Origin: an uncultured Cytophagales bacterium
GTDB lineage: Bacteria; Bacteroidota; Bacteroidia; Cytophagales; Flammeovirgaceae
Assembly: GCA_963729615.1 (NCBI GenBank)
Contig: CAVSOI010000012.1
Coordinates: 457,236-521,235 of the forward strand
Length of the DNA stretch: 64,000 nt
Reading direction: 5' to 3'
Shown here: positions 1 to 10,753 of the stretch, piece by piece
Position numbering within the stretch: position 1 is the first letter of the stretch
Layout: each line of letters opens with the position of its first letter
Program-made: the position numbers and the translations under genes
Notes under the pieces: model-generated
What the model was told of the DNA's origin: nothing
The model's input: only the letters and a program-made list of their open reading frames with translations
Databases searched by the model: none

Positions 1-2
1 AG

Positions 3-251
3 GAAGATATTTTGAGCCAAATTACTTTCTCGGAAGTGATGAACGCCATCAAAAAAATACCCGTTGGCTATCGGGAAGTGCTGAATCTTTATGCCATTGA
101 CGGCTACACACATAGGGAAATAAGCAAAATGTTAGATATTTCCGAAGGGAACTCCAAGCAAAGAGTCAGAAGAGCCAGAAATATGCTCAAAGAAATTATT
201 TCAGAAAAATCTAATTCAGAAGGTTCAAAATTGAATGAAACAGCGGCTTAA
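3..251 (+). CDS. RNA polymerase sigma-70 (ECF-type) factor, C-terminal region-4 fragment; 5' end lies outside the window
   Basis: Translation ...VLNLYAIDGYTHREISKMLDISEGNSKQRVRRARNMLKEII has the typical sigma region-4 helix-turn-helix. The open frame runs to the window edge. Confidence 0.7.
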   Translation, partial: EDILSQITFSEVMNAIKKIPVGYREVLNLYAIDGYTHREISKMLDISEGNSKQRVRRARNMLKEIISEKSNSEGSKLNETAA

Positions 252-1566
252 CGATAGCAACTTAGATAGGCAACTGAAAAGAAAGATGGCCGAGGCTGAA
301 TCTATGCCTCCTGCTTTTGGAGAGTTATTTCCTGCCCAACCACGAAATTTCCGCTTCTTAAAATCTAGCAATATTTTCGCTCTGTCATTCTTAATAATGA
401 GCGTGGCCATTTCTCTCTCCAACCAAAATGGATTTTCAACAGAAATATTTGTTTCCAATTCAACCATTCTTGCAGAAATTCAAAACAATAGCGTTAACAA
501 TGATTACGAATATAACGAAGAATATACGTTTTCAGATGCTAAAAAACCTGCCAAACGTTGGGATTATAATGAATTACCACTCATAAATTTCCATGAATTC
601 TCTCCAACCTACAAAGCTGAAGCAGTTAGTTTCGATAAGGAAATCTTGAAATTAGATGTTTCTCAGGAAAATGACACGCCAAAAATGTTGGCTAAGGAAA
701 ACAGCCAATTGGCAATCAGTAAATCAAAAAAGCCATTTGCTGAAAGCATATTTCCTAAAAATGGAGAAAATGAAAAGAACCTATTTTCGCAAGAAATTTC
801 TGCCCAGCTAATCGAAAACAAAGAAAAAAGTCAATTGCCGACTCTTGCTAGCCTTTCTGCTAGGCGAGAATTGGTGGCGAATAATTTGGAGAAATTGGTT
901 GTTCCCGATATTGAATACAATTTCATAAAATCCAAACAAAAAAAGACAGGGAAACGGAACTGGAGAAACAACTTGTTTGTGGGCGTTACTTCATCGGTAG
1001 AAAATACGTGGATATTAAATCAAAATACGTATGACGAATTCGATGGCTACGAGTTTGCCTATAAGGTTGATTGGGGTTATCAATATGGTTTTCGAGTGGG
1101 TTATAATCCGGAAAGAGGAGTGGGATTTGAACTGGGCTATGTTCCGAAATCTACCAAAGGGCAACGCTACGAAGATATAATTCATCTGAAAAACACGAAA
1201 AGGGAAGTGGATTTGGAATACGCCAAAATCCCTTTCAAGCTCAAATGGAGGCATCCACTTTCCCAAAACAATCGTATTTCGCTGAATTGGGAATTGGGCG
1301 GAGCTTACAGCATTTTGCATACAGCTTACCAAAATAACAATGGCAAAGTTGGCGAAATAACTGACCGATTTAGAAAGTATGTTTGGCAAGCAAATACGGG
1401 AATCATGGCAGATTTTGATTTGAACGAGCGAGTGTTTATTTCCGCTGGCTTGCAGGGAAGCATTAGCCAAGATATTAACGCTCCGAAATGGCAGGCAAAT
1501 GACAATTATGGCAAATCGCATACATTCACTTGGGGTTTGCAGTTGGGAATCAGCAGAAGGCTGTGA
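235..1566 (+). CDS. Putative anti-sigma-like membrane protein with a C-terminal outer-membrane beta-barrel-like domain
   Basis: It immediately follows and overlaps the ECF sigma gene. There is one hydrophobic helix (IFALSFLIMSVAISL). The C-terminal approx 200 aa is rich in alternating aromatic/Gly beta-strand-like repeats (GYQYGFRVGY...GLQLGISRRL). Confidence 0.45.
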   Translation: MKQRLNDSNLDRQLKRKMAEAESMPPAFGELFPAQPRNFRFLKSSNIFALSFLIMSVAISLSNQNGFSTEIFVSNSTILAEIQNNSVNNDYEYNEEYTFSDAKKPAKRWDYNELPLINFHEFSPTYKAEAVSFDKEILKLDVSQENDTPKMLAKENSQLAISKSKKPFAESIFPKNGENEKNLFSQEISAQLIENKEKSQLPTLASLSARRELVANNLEKLVVPDIEYNFIKSKQKKTGKRNWRNNLFVGVTSSVENTWILNQNTYDEFDGYEFAYKVDWGYQYGFRVGYNPERGVGFELGYVPKSTKGQRYEDIIHLKNTKREVDLEYAKIPFKLKWRHPLSQNNRISLNWELGGAYSILHTAYQNNNGKVGEITDRFRKYVWQANTGIMADFDLNERVFISAGLQGSISQDINAPKWQANDNYGKSHTFTWGLQLGISRRL

Positions 1567-1638
1567 TTATTTCTACCAAAAGTGTGAATCAAGAAATCTA
1601 ATCAAGCGAATTTCCGTTCCTAACAATCTTGCTTACAT

Positions 1639-2778
1639 TTGCGCCAGCAAAAAATCCTTAGTTTGAAGCAAGCAATCCTTTTCATATTCTTTTTGGTTTC
1701 CAATTTGTGCATTGTGGCGCAATCGCTCAATCTGGTTGAAAGCCTAGATGACCAATGGATTGTGTACGATGACGAGCTGGGAAATTACGTTCCGTATCTG
1801 CCGAATTACCACGGAGATGTGGCAAAAAAACATTTGTTGCTAAGTGTGGAGCAATGGAAAGATTTCTACCTCAATATAGAAGCCTCGGAAGGTACACTCA
1901 TTTTTGTGAACAACACGCTATTCCAAAAAGTGGAGGAAGGCAAAATCAACATTCCTCTGAAAGACCTTTCAGCAGACACCTCCGTTTTGCTGACCGTTTT
2001 TAAACAGCCATTTTTATCTGCGGAATTGAAAGCAAGCATTCTGCAATACGAGGAACTCGTTCCTGGATTTGAGGGAGCGCAGAAGGCAATTGAAAGACGT
2101 GCCGAGAAATCACTTTCAGACAGAAATACCTACACAATTCTTACCATGATTATGCTGGCAGGAATGGCTTTGCTTTCCCAATCTTCAATTCCCATTCTGA
2201 ATTCATCTGGATTATCGAGCTATGTTAGCTATTTCTTCAAGCGAAAAGCACCAGAAACAAGGGTAAATGCCTTGGCATTTTTGACTTTTATTACCTTTTA
2301 TGGATTAGGATTTTCCTACTATTATATCATCATCACAAGTTTACGAGACAGCAATTCGGGACTTCAGGAGTATCTTATTTTCCCCAACTCAATATTAGGT
2401 TCTTTTCTCTCGCTGTTTTTGCTGATGAGTTTGTTTCTGATTGCCCGTTTTATTTTCATGTTGCTTATGAGCGTTCTGTATGATTTCAGGAAAGCCACGA
2501 CCATTCATATTCAGGAGTTTATGAATATCTATCAAATCTATTTGGTCTTTTTAGTGGTTTTGGGTGGAATCTTACATTTCTCTGTTCTGTCAAATCCATC
2601 ACTTATTTATAAAATTGCCCTTGCATTCGTGATTTTCACAAGCATTTTGAATGTTGTTTTAGTGAGTTACAGAATAAATAAGGCATTTCCTTTCAAGAAA
2701 GTATATTTATTTTCGTACCTTTGCGCCACCGAAATTCTACCTACATTATTCTTAATCAACTTTTTGATAGAAAATTAG
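1639..2778 (+). CDS. Membrane protein with an N-terminal signal peptide, a periplasmic domain and about 7 TM helices (7TMR-DISM-like), with no output domain
   Basis: The hydrophobicity pattern of the 379-aa translation shows a signal sequence followed by 7 hydrophobic stretches at the C-terminus. Confidence 0.45.
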   Translation: MRQQKILSLKQAILFIFFLVSNLCIVAQSLNLVESLDDQWIVYDDELGNYVPYLPNYHGDVAKKHLLLSVEQWKDFYLNIEASEGTLIFVNNTLFQKVEEGKINIPLKDLSADTSVLLTVFKQPFLSAELKASILQYEELVPGFEGAQKAIERRAEKSLSDRNTYTILTMIMLAGMALLSQSSIPILNSSGLSSYVSYFFKRKAPETRVNALAFLTFITFYGLGFSYYYIIITSLRDSNSGLQEYLIFPNSILGSFLSLFLLMSLFLIARFIFMLLMSVLYDFRKATTIHIQEFMNIYQIYLVFLVVLGGILHFSVLSNPSLIYKIALAFVIFTSILNVVLVSYRINKAFPFKKVYLFSYLCATEILPTLFLINFLIEN

Positions 2779-2924
2779 TGAGAAACAAGTAGGAAACAAC
2801 TTGCAACAGTTTCTTATTTATTTCTTACCTGTTCCTAAGTCTGAATTAGTTGTTACATAATTAAACTCCATTCTCACTTTTTGGAGTCAGTAGCAATCAG
2901 AAAGAAGTTAAACTCAGAGGCGTT

Positions 2925-3710
2925 ATGACAGCGAATAAAATTCCTAAAAACCGAATCAAACCTGTTAAATCTATTTTGGTTTCCCAGCCAAAACCTTCCA
3001 ACCCGAATTCTCCTTACTTTACCTTGGCAGAAAAATACGGATTGAAAGTAGATTTCATTCCTTTCATTGAAGTCGCTCCCGTAGATTTGAGTGAGTTCAG
3101 GAAACAAAAAGTGAAGATTTTAGATAACACCGCAGTTATTTTTACGAGCAGAAATGCCATTGACCATTTCTTTCGCATCTGTAAAGGCATGAAAGTAGAA
3201 GTTCCTGCAGATATGAAATATTTCTGTATTTCGGAGCAGACCGCTAATTATTTGCAGAAATATATTGTCATCAGAAAGCGGAAAATCTTCTGTGGCACAA
3301 GAACTGCCAAAGATTTGCTCGAAATCATTAAGAAATATCCAAAAGAGAAGTTCCTCTATCCTTGCTCAGACATTCGCAAAGGCGACATTCCCGATTTCAT
3401 GGATGAGAACGATTTCAGCTTTACCGAAGCAGTTCTCTACAAAACCGTAGCCAGCGATTTATCTCATTTAGATGACGTAACCTACGATATTATCGCCTTT
3501 TTCAGTCCTTCGGGAATCAATTCGCTTTACGTAAATTTCCCGAATTTCATGCAGAACACGACTCGTTTGGCAGCTTTTGGACCAACCACAGCTTAAGCCG
3601 TTTTAGACAAAGACTTGTTTTTAGATATTCAAGCCCCTATGCCAAATGCGCCATCTATGACGGGCGCAATTGAGATGTATGTGAAAGAAGCAAACAAATT
3701 GAAAAAATAA
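2925..3710 (+). pseudogene. hemD: Uroporphyrinogen-III synthase (HemD) interrupted by an in-frame TAA at 3594-3596; the frame continues to the stop at 3708-3710
   Basis: The N-terminal 223 aa is HemD-like (ILVSQPKP...VIFTSRNAIDHFF...). After GPTTA* the same frame continues as AVLDKDLFLDIQAPMPNAPSMTGAIEMYVKEANKLKK, the conserved HemD C-terminus, where TAA sits in the position Lys (AAA) would occupy. Confidence 0.6.
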
Positions 3711-3991
3711 TAGATGGTTAGTAAAAGATTATAAATGATTTTTACTTAGCGTTTCCAAAAATGGTTCTTGTTTTTCAAAACAAGAACCATTTTTTGTGTT
3801 AGCTTACTTTGCCACAATGACATCTAAATTTCTCTTCCTAGAGGAATAATTTATCTTTTTATTGCCCAATTGAATTCCACGTTCGATTTTCTGCAAATCA
3901 AACTCTAAAGTTCTTCAAGGAAGAAGAACCTACGGACAATAAATTGGAGATTATCTAGGCATCAAATCCTCCAATGGCAATCAGTACCGCT

Positions 3992-4035
3992 CTATCCATC
4001 TATCCATCTATCCATCTATCCATCTATCCATCTAT
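3992..4035. repeat. Octanucleotide microsatellite (CTATCCAT)n, about 5.5 copies
   Basis: Read directly: ctatccatctatccatctatccatctatccatctatccatctat. Confidence 0.9.
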
Positions 4036-4084
4036 TTTATTCGTTAGCGCAAGCAAGGTTTCATAATAACCTTTTTTTATCATT

Positions 4085-5546
4085 TTAGATTTTAGCCAAG
4101 CATAAAAACTCACCGCTTGCAAATCTTCCTCCTCGAATGGCAGAAACTCTAAGGGAATTATCTACTTTTTCTATGAAGTCGGGCTTGCTTACCAAATTTG
4201 GGTCTTTGAAAAGCAGTTTTATGAGCTGAATGAATTGCCTGACGTTCTGATAATTTGGTTGGGCAAAAATAGCTACATAGTTCCTTTCTATAGTTCTTAA
4301 CTTGTTGATTGCCAAATCGTAATCTCCAAAATCATAGTAGAAAATCATTTCGGACATACTCTTTTTGATAACCCAATCTCGCCCCATTTTCTTCTCGTAA
4401 TATTGGTCAGAGCGGTTGAGTTCACGCAAGTAACCAGATGCCTTCTCATATTTTTCTTGTTGGAAATAATAGAATCCTAAGTTGATAGTTAGCTCAATTT
4501 CCTCTTTGTCTGAAAGCTTGTACTTATTCTCTCTCTTCATCTGCTCCAAAACTGCCGTGGCTTTTTCCAATTGGTTGGAGAACACCAAATTGGCTGCCAA
4601 AAGTAAGCAATATTTTGGGTAGAATATATCGAAATAAGCTTTTTTCCCCTCAGAAAGGTTTTCAAAAAGCAAATCCAAATACTGAATTGATTCCTCAAAC
4701 CGTTTGCTTCGGTAAAGCACATGGCTTACCATGTAAAGCAAATTCAGTTTATAGTAAAGGTTGGATTGGGAAAAACCATGTTGCTGTTCAAATTGCTCAT
4801 ATTGGCTGAGTAGAAATGGCGCAAAAGCATGGTAATCTTTCTTTACCAAAGCGGCACTTCTGGCAATGGACATGAGGTTGAAAAACAAACGAGGCCTTTT
4901 GCTGACTGCTTCCGAAAGTCCGTAGCCCTCCAACACTTTCCGAATAATTTTCTCGAAATCTATATTTCCGCCCGTCAGCTTCACTAAACTGAGCGATTGT
5001 TGAATCAGGCTGTTGGCAACATTTGCCCGTTCGTCCTCATCTGCCAAACGTTTGTTTTCTTCCCATTTCACTACAGTCAGTTGCAAAGCTTCGTCAGGAT
5101 TGTGTGTAGTATATTCTATCTGGAGATTATAAATTGTGTTCAATAAATGAAATTGCTCGCTTTCTTGCGCTTGTTTTTCTCCCTTTTTCAAGAATTGCCA
5201 CGCCAATTTGTGCCTTCCTTTCCCCAATAAATACTGCGACATGGAAATCATTCCCATCACAGAAGAAGCTGGCCGAAGTGTCTTCGTCCATTCTTTTCAG
5301 CACAATGAAATCCAACAAATGACGCATGAGCCGTTTCCGCAACGCATGGTAGGCAACCGTATTCGCTTTTTCCGGATAGAGCTTCCCAACAATCTCTTTC
5401 GCTTTATAGTCTTTTTTCTGTTGCAGGATTTCAAAAAGCTCAAAATCCTTCCGATTCTTAGACTTTTTCTGCCTGCGGATAAACACGGCAAATTCTCGCC
5501 TATCTTCCGCAGAAAATGTTTCTATGATTGTTTTTAGGTTGTCCAA
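4085..5546 (-). CDS. Hypothetical regulatory protein with TPR-like helical repeats, in two overlapping frames (apparent 1-bp indel near 5262-5270)
   Basis: ORFs 5127..5546 and 4085..5260 overlap. Frame 1 ends ...DEDTSASFF and frame 2 continues SSVMGMISMSQYLLGKGRHK... across the run cttcttc. Confidence 0.45.
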
Positions 5547-5886
5547 GGGAAGAAAATTTAGGTTTTATGGTTGAGAGAAATATGATTTTCAATTTATGGA
5601 TCAAGGAGGAAACAACAAAGAAAAGTATTTTTTGAAACCATCCTTTCGCTTATTCCATTTTCTTTTCTCTCTTTTAAGAATAAAAATAAGCAAAACCGCC
5701 ACTTATCAGTTTCAAATCCGTATGATGTGAAAAAATGTTGTTGTCAATCAGAATCGCTTTATTTTTGATATAAATGGTAATACATCATTGACATACATTT
5801 ATGCACGGTATGAAATCTTGAAAGTTGGCAATGCAACTATTTTCTTGATACACGATACTTAAATCTTGCTACTTACCAATTGAACC

Positions 5887-7080
5887 ATGAAAAAAATACT
5901 ATTTATATTATTCGCCTTTTCTTCATTTCCCTCTTTCTCGCAGGTTGATTTGCCCAGTTTGGACAGCGTGAAAATGTTGCTGACCACGCCATCCATAGAA
6001 ATGGCTTTGACCTATGGCGTGAACGAAATGTACAACAACAATTTTGCCGTGGCGGAAAGTCAATTTAATTGGCTGAAAAAGAATTATCCGACTCATCCGA
6101 TGCCTAATTTCTTGCTGGGATTGAGCAACTGGTGGAAAATGATGCCCGACACAGACAACACAAAATACGATTTCATTTTCTTGACTTACATGGATTCTGC
6201 CATTTATTATGCGGAAAAAATGCAGAAGCAAGACAAATCGAACGTAGAAGCCGCCTTTTTTCTTTCTGCCGCTTATGGCTTTAAAGGAAGATTGTATTCG
6301 GAGCGGAAAAAATGGAAAAAAGCGGCAGTCGCTGGGAAACGCTCACTCAGATATTTGGAAGATTGCCATGAAAAAGATTACCTTAGCCCAGAACTCTTGT
6401 TTGGAGACGGACTTTACAATTACTATTCCGTTTGGATTCCTGATAATTACCCAGCTTTGAAACCATTACTGGTTTTTTTCCGAAAAGGAGACCAGAAAAA
6501 GGGAATTGAACAGTTGGAGGAAGTTACCAAAGAAGGCTTTTATACTCGTGTGGAAGCGCAGTTATTTCTGATGCGGATTTATAGCTTGGAGGAAAACCAA
6601 AATCAGAAAGCCTTCAATATCTCACAATATTTGAACAAGACCTTTCCGAACAATCCTTATTTCCACAGATATTATGCGAGAATGCTTTACTCCACGGGCA
6701 AGCATTCGGAAATGAAAGAAGTTTCTGAGCAGATTCTGGAGCGGATTGAAAACAAATGGCTTGGCTACGAAGCAATTAGCGGAAGGTATGCTTCTTACTA
6801 TTTGGCTTACTATTACGATGCTCCTCAAAAAGACAGAACCAAAGCTTACGATTATTACAAAAAAGTAATTGATTTTGCCGAAGAGTCCGAAGATATTGAA
6901 TCTGGTTATTATCATTCTGCCCTTTTTAAACTCGCTCAAAATGCAGAATCCCAGAAAGAGTATAAACTCGCCATGGATTATTATGATAAGATATTAGACA
7001 ATTCCAGCAAGAAGAAAACGGCTTACAAAAAAGCCAAGGAGTTTAAGAAGAAATATAGAAAGAATAAATGGGGGAAATGA
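5887..7080 (+). CDS. Secreted TPR-like repeat protein (hypothetical)
   Basis: Signal peptide MKKILFILFAFSSFPSFSQ. The rest is helical-repeat-rich with a Tyr-rich TPR-like composition and a Lys-rich C-terminal tail. Confidence 0.5.
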   Translation: MKKILFILFAFSSFPSFSQVDLPSLDSVKMLLTTPSIEMALTYGVNEMYNNNFAVAESQFNWLKKNYPTHPMPNFLLGLSNWWKMMPDTDNTKYDFIFLTYMDSAIYYAEKMQKQDKSNVEAAFFLSAAYGFKGRLYSERKKWKKAAVAGKRSLRYLEDCHEKDYLSPELLFGDGLYNYYSVWIPDNYPALKPLLVFFRKGDQKKGIEQLEEVTKEGFYTRVEAQLFLMRIYSLEENQNQKAFNISQYLNKTFPNNPYFHRYYARMLYSTGKHSEMKEVSEQILERIENKWLGYEAISGRYASYYLAYYYDAPQKDRTKAYDYYKKVIDFAEESEDIESGYYHSALFKLAQNAESQKEYKLAMDYYDKILDNSSKKKTAYKKAKEFKKKYRKNKWGK

Positions 7081-7135
7081 TAAAAAGATGTGGAAATGCG
7101 AGAATTTGTAGATGTGGAAATGAAGAAAACCCAAC

Positions 7136-7963
7136 TCAAAAATTACTCGCAAAAGCTCTATATTTCAGCAAGGCAACGAAAACCACTCCGCCAATGGCAT
7201 TCCCCAATGTGGCGACTATTTGGAAACTAAAATAATCTACGAAAGTGATGTCAGCATCGGAAATGAATCCTGCAAAAACCTCAATACTCCCGACAATGCT
7301 ATGATGCAAGCCGCCAATTCCGATGAGTGTGGTAATCAGATAAATTATTAGAATTCGACTGATGGTTTCCTGCGAGGAAGTGACCAGCCAAGAAAGCAAA
7401 CCCATGAGCCAACCCGCCAAAACGGCACTTCCGAAAATGACAAATGGTTTCGGGTTGGAGACATGATGAGCGATTTCCCGTACACTTTCCAACTCAATCA
7501 CTCCCATGGCCGTGCCAATCCAAAGAATTAGGCAGGCAATGGCATAACCTCCCAAAAGATTTCCTAATAGTACAATTCCCCAAATTTTCAGCAACTCCAA
7601 CACGCCCCTTTTCCCATTAAGAACTGGCAAAGTGAGCAAGGAGGTTTGCTCTGTGAAAAGAATAGATTTACCCAAAACCACTAATATGAATCCGATGGGA
7701 TATGCAAAAGCAGTCATCAAATACATTGACTTGCTATTCATTTCCCCAATAAAATGCGTGTGCAGAATGGCAATTAGGAAGAAACTGAATCCAACCTCTA
7801 AGCCTGCTGAAAGGGAACTGATGAACACACTACTTCCGCTAGTTCCGTACATCGCCTCGCCTTCTTCGAGCTGTTCACGCATGATTTGCTCTTTCGACTT
7901 TGGGCCACTGCTGAAGCCTTCTACTTTCAACGCTTTGTCTTCGGGTTTCTTTTTAAGCCACAT
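7136..7963 (-). CDS. Formate/nitrite transporter (FNT) family protein
   Basis: Six-TM protein with an FNT-like LFTEQTSLL loop and GNLLGG motif. The start is placed at MWLKKKPEDK (7963), because the longer ORF to 8053 runs into repeat family A. Confidence 0.65.
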   Translation of the reverse strand: MWLKKKPEDKALKVEGFSSGPKSKEQIMREQLEEGEAMYGTSGSSVFISSLSAGLEVGFSFFLIAILHTHFIGEMNSKSMYLMTAFAYPIGFILVVLGKSILFTEQTSLLTLPVLNGKRGVLELLKIWGIVLLGNLLGGYAIACLILWIGTAMGVIELESVREIAHHVSNPKPFVIFGSAVLAGWLMGLLSWLVTSSQETISRILIIYLITTLIGIGGLHHSIVGSIEVFAGFISDADITFVDYFSFQIVATLGNAIGGVVFVALLKYRAFASNF

Positions 7964-7991
7964 AATCGGTTGGTTTTGATGAAGGTTCCAA

Positions 7992-8130
7992 GGAACGGAA
8001 ATTAAATAAATGCGTGTTTTGTCGCAGATTATTTTTGAGGCTAGTCTAGGCAAAAAACACAGTCATAGCAACGCTATGACGAGTATTTATAATGAAGTAC
8101 AGCGTGTCCCGGACCAAAAAGAAGCAAGAG
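7992..8130 (+). repeat. Repeat family A (MITE-like), copy 1
   Basis: Shares ends GGAACGGAAATTAAATAAATG...TTTATTTTTGAGG and ...GACAGCGTGTCCCGGACCAAAAAGAAGCAAG with the copies at 15040, 22060, 24835 and 48594. Confidence 0.8.
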
Positions 8131-8172
8131 AATTTTAATAAGTTATTTTTTACTTGTTCCTTATCACAACAG

Positions 8173-9510
8173 CTATAAGAAATTTGGCCTTTTTACATCT
8201 TTTGGTAGCTTGCCAAACTTCTTTAGCTCCTCATACATGTATATTATCACCTTGTTTAAATGTTGCATAGCACCTGAAACCTGGTGGTCTCCGAGTTTAT
8301 TTATCTTATAAAGAGATTCGATATGCAAAAAAGCTTTGTGGAACTCTTTTTTGGCCATAGCCAGCTGGGATAACATTATTTGTAAAGAGAAGAACTCGGA
8401 GATATGGAATTCTATTCTATCAGGATAAAATTGCTTGAGTGAACTTTTGCCATCCAGTACACTTTCAGCCTCTTCTAATTTTCTTTTTTTCAACAAAAGC
8501 GATACCAGCGATGTGTATCCAAATAAGTAGTCAGGAAATTTCTCGACAGTAAGTTTGGCATATTTCATGGCCATTGCTTCATCTCTATTTCTTTCGTAAG
8601 CAACAGTTATGAAATTATAAAACGGTTTGTAATTAGGAAATTTTTTAAGCTCTTTTTTAATCCTGCTTATGGCAACATGGGGAATCCCATACAAACATAA
8701 ATGGTGCAACTCTTCAAAATCTGGGTGAACAAAATTGTCTTTGCCAGTGCTAATGGGTTCATCTGTGATTTTATACTGCTCATAATCAGATGGACTTAGG
8801 TTTTCCAGAGTAGGAATCTCCACCCGTTCTATGTTATCAAGGTAGGCCTGATAGATTTTAAGTTCGTTGTTGCTTAGTATTTCCTCTAAACTTTTGCTGA
8901 TGAAATCATCATCGGTATTAGCCATATAATCTGAAAAATAATAGACCCTGAAATTTCCTTCGCCCAATGTTTTCTTCATGGTGGCTATTTCTTTGCTCCC
9001 ATTTTCATTTTCATCTAGAATCAAGGTATGAATTCCGTTATCCCCTACGGGTATATCTTCATACTCAATCTCATCTTCGTCATCTATCAGGTGCTTTACC
9101 AGCGCAAAATCTTTGTGAGGCGCAAACCCAGCCTCTGCGGCCCAATCCAAGGCTTCGTAAATCATATTATATGCCGTATTGGCACTTATCTCTGTAAGCG
9201 GAAAAGGGTTAAAATCATACAACTCCTCAAACTCATGAAGAGGCATGTTGAATTTATAAAAAGTATCTTTTATGCCTAAGCAGTAAAAATCTATGAGAAA
9301 AATGGCTACTGTGATGTTTCCTGAAGTGTGTTGCCTAGCAATGTAGATGCTCGCTTTTCCTATTTCTTCCCAATCCGAGGTGATAGCACATCTATAGATA
9401 GGCAATTTCTTGCCCATTCCGGACCTGATGTATGCCTGAGGAGATTTAGGTGTATTTTTATGAGCCGATGATTTGATTGATTTTTTCTTGAGTTTTTTCA
9501 TAAGTGCCAA
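8173..9510 (-). CDS. Hypothetical protein, TPR-like C-terminal half
   Basis: 445-aa ORF with no recognisable catalytic motif. Coding-like composition. Confidence 0.5.
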   Translation of the reverse strand: MALMKKLKKKSIKSSAHKNTPKSPQAYIRSGMGKKLPIYRCAITSDWEEIGKASIYIARQHTSGNITVAIFLIDFYCLGIKDTFYKFNMPLHEFEELYDFNPFPLTEISANTAYNMIYEALDWAAEAGFAPHKDFALVKHLIDDEDEIEYEDIPVGDNGIHTLILDENENGSKEIATMKKTLGEGNFRVYYFSDYMANTDDDFISKSLEEILSNNELKIYQAYLDNIERVEIPTLENLSPSDYEQYKITDEPISTGKDNFVHPDFEELHHLCLYGIPHVAISRIKKELKKFPNYKPFYNFITVAYERNRDEAMAMKYAKLTVEKFPDYLFGYTSLVSLLLKKRKLEEAESVLDGKSSLKQFYPDRIEFHISEFFSLQIMLSQLAMAKKEFHKAFLHIESLYKINKLGDHQVSGAMQHLNKVIIYMYEELKKFGKLPKDVKRPNFL

Positions 9511-9741
9511 GGACTATTGTACGAATTGTGAACTGATACGATTTAAAACAATTGGCTATCAGGTTTGAGTTTGCCAAGAAGCCATAAAATTAAGCAATTC
9601 ACTTAATTGCCACAATATAAAATGGTATTTTCATCAAAAGCAGGATTCAAGAAACTCATGCGTGTTATTTTTGTTTAGGTTGTAAAGATTACATTTGGTT
9701 CCTTAGTTTTGTGATGCTGTAAATTAGAATTTCTTTTTAGA

Positions 9742-10629
9742 ATGCTTCAATCAATCCGTAAAAAACTCCAGTCGCCTTATCCCGCCAACTTTCATTGGAA
9801 GAACGGTTTAAGAATGGCGCTACTTTTCGGATTTTTCATTGCGTTTTTCCTCTGGTATTTCCGCCCCTATGATTTCAACAATCCCTCAAAAGTAGGTTTG
9901 ATTTCTTGCTGTTTCGGTCTGATTACGTTTTTCTGTGTTGTTTTCAACTCTATTCTTCTACCAAAATTGCTTCCGAAAATTTACGATGAAGAGAGTTGGA
10001 CAATTGGTAGGGAAATAACCGCAATTGTTTACAATACGGCTTTTGTCGGATTGTTCAACGGTTTCTTTGTGCTGTATCTGTCAGCCTTGCCTTCTGGGAA
10101 TTGGCTACAGATTTTGTGGGATTTACAGATAGCCACTTTTTCGGTCGGAGCATTGCCAATCATTGTCTCCACACTCTACAAACAGAATGTTTTGTTGCGG
10201 AGGAATTTGAAGAGGGCGAACTCCATCAGTAAGAAAATACAGAATTCACAATCAGAAAACAAGAGGTTGGATTCAGAAAAGGAAGTCGGAGAAATGATTT
10301 CCATACTAGCAGAAAATGGGAGTTTGGAGTTGGAGATAGCAAGCAGAAACCTGCAATTCGTAAAATCGGAAGGAAACTATTTGGAAGTGCATTTTTCGGG
10401 AAATGGAGAACCCAAAAGGCAAGTGGTTCGGAACACGCTGAAAAGCATGGAGGTTTTGGTATCCAACCAAAAGCAGTTTTTCCGTTGCCACAGAAGCTAT
10501 TTGGTAAATCTGGATTTGGTTTCCTCCATTTCGGGCAATGCCAGAGGTTATGAACTTTCCATCAAACAATCCAGCCAAATTGTGCCTGTCTCCAGAGGAA
10601 AAATTGAGGAGTTGAAGGAAAGGGTTTGA
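9742..10629 (+). CDS. Membrane-anchored LytTR-family DNA-binding protein
   Basis: Four N-terminal hydrophobic helices. The C-terminal LytTR signature is FRCHRSYLVNLDLV...IVPVSR. Confidence 0.7.
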   Translation: MLQSIRKKLQSPYPANFHWKNGLRMALLFGFFIAFFLWYFRPYDFNNPSKVGLISCCFGLITFFCVVFNSILLPKLLPKIYDEESWTIGREITAIVYNTAFVGLFNGFFVLYLSALPSGNWLQILWDLQIATFSVGALPIIVSTLYKQNVLLRRNLKRANSISKKIQNSQSENKRLDSEKEVGEMISILAENGSLELEIASRNLQFVKSEGNYLEVHFSGNGEPKRQVVRNTLKSMEVLVSNQKQFFRCHRSYLVNLDLVSSISGNARGYELSIKQSSQIVPVSRGKIEELKERV

Positions 10630-10753
10630 AAAAGAAAACGGGCTTCGTTTGTTTCCAAACGGGATTCTGGAACATCTTTTTCTTAGACTTCCAACAAAAG
10701 TCTTATTTTTGGAGAACTTATTAAAAACCGAATCATCATAAAACTGAAAAACA

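Noticed and set aside
225-467. 80-aa minus-strand ORF overlapping the sigma / anti-sigma junction
   Set aside because: It is antisense to two better-supported plus-strand genes and has no motif.
7964-8053. N-terminal extension of the FNT transporter ORF (MPRLASKIICDKTRIY...)
   Set aside because: The extension is read through repeat family A copy 1, and the same spurious peptide appears in ORF 15098-15316 inside another copy. The genuine start is the ATG at 7963.
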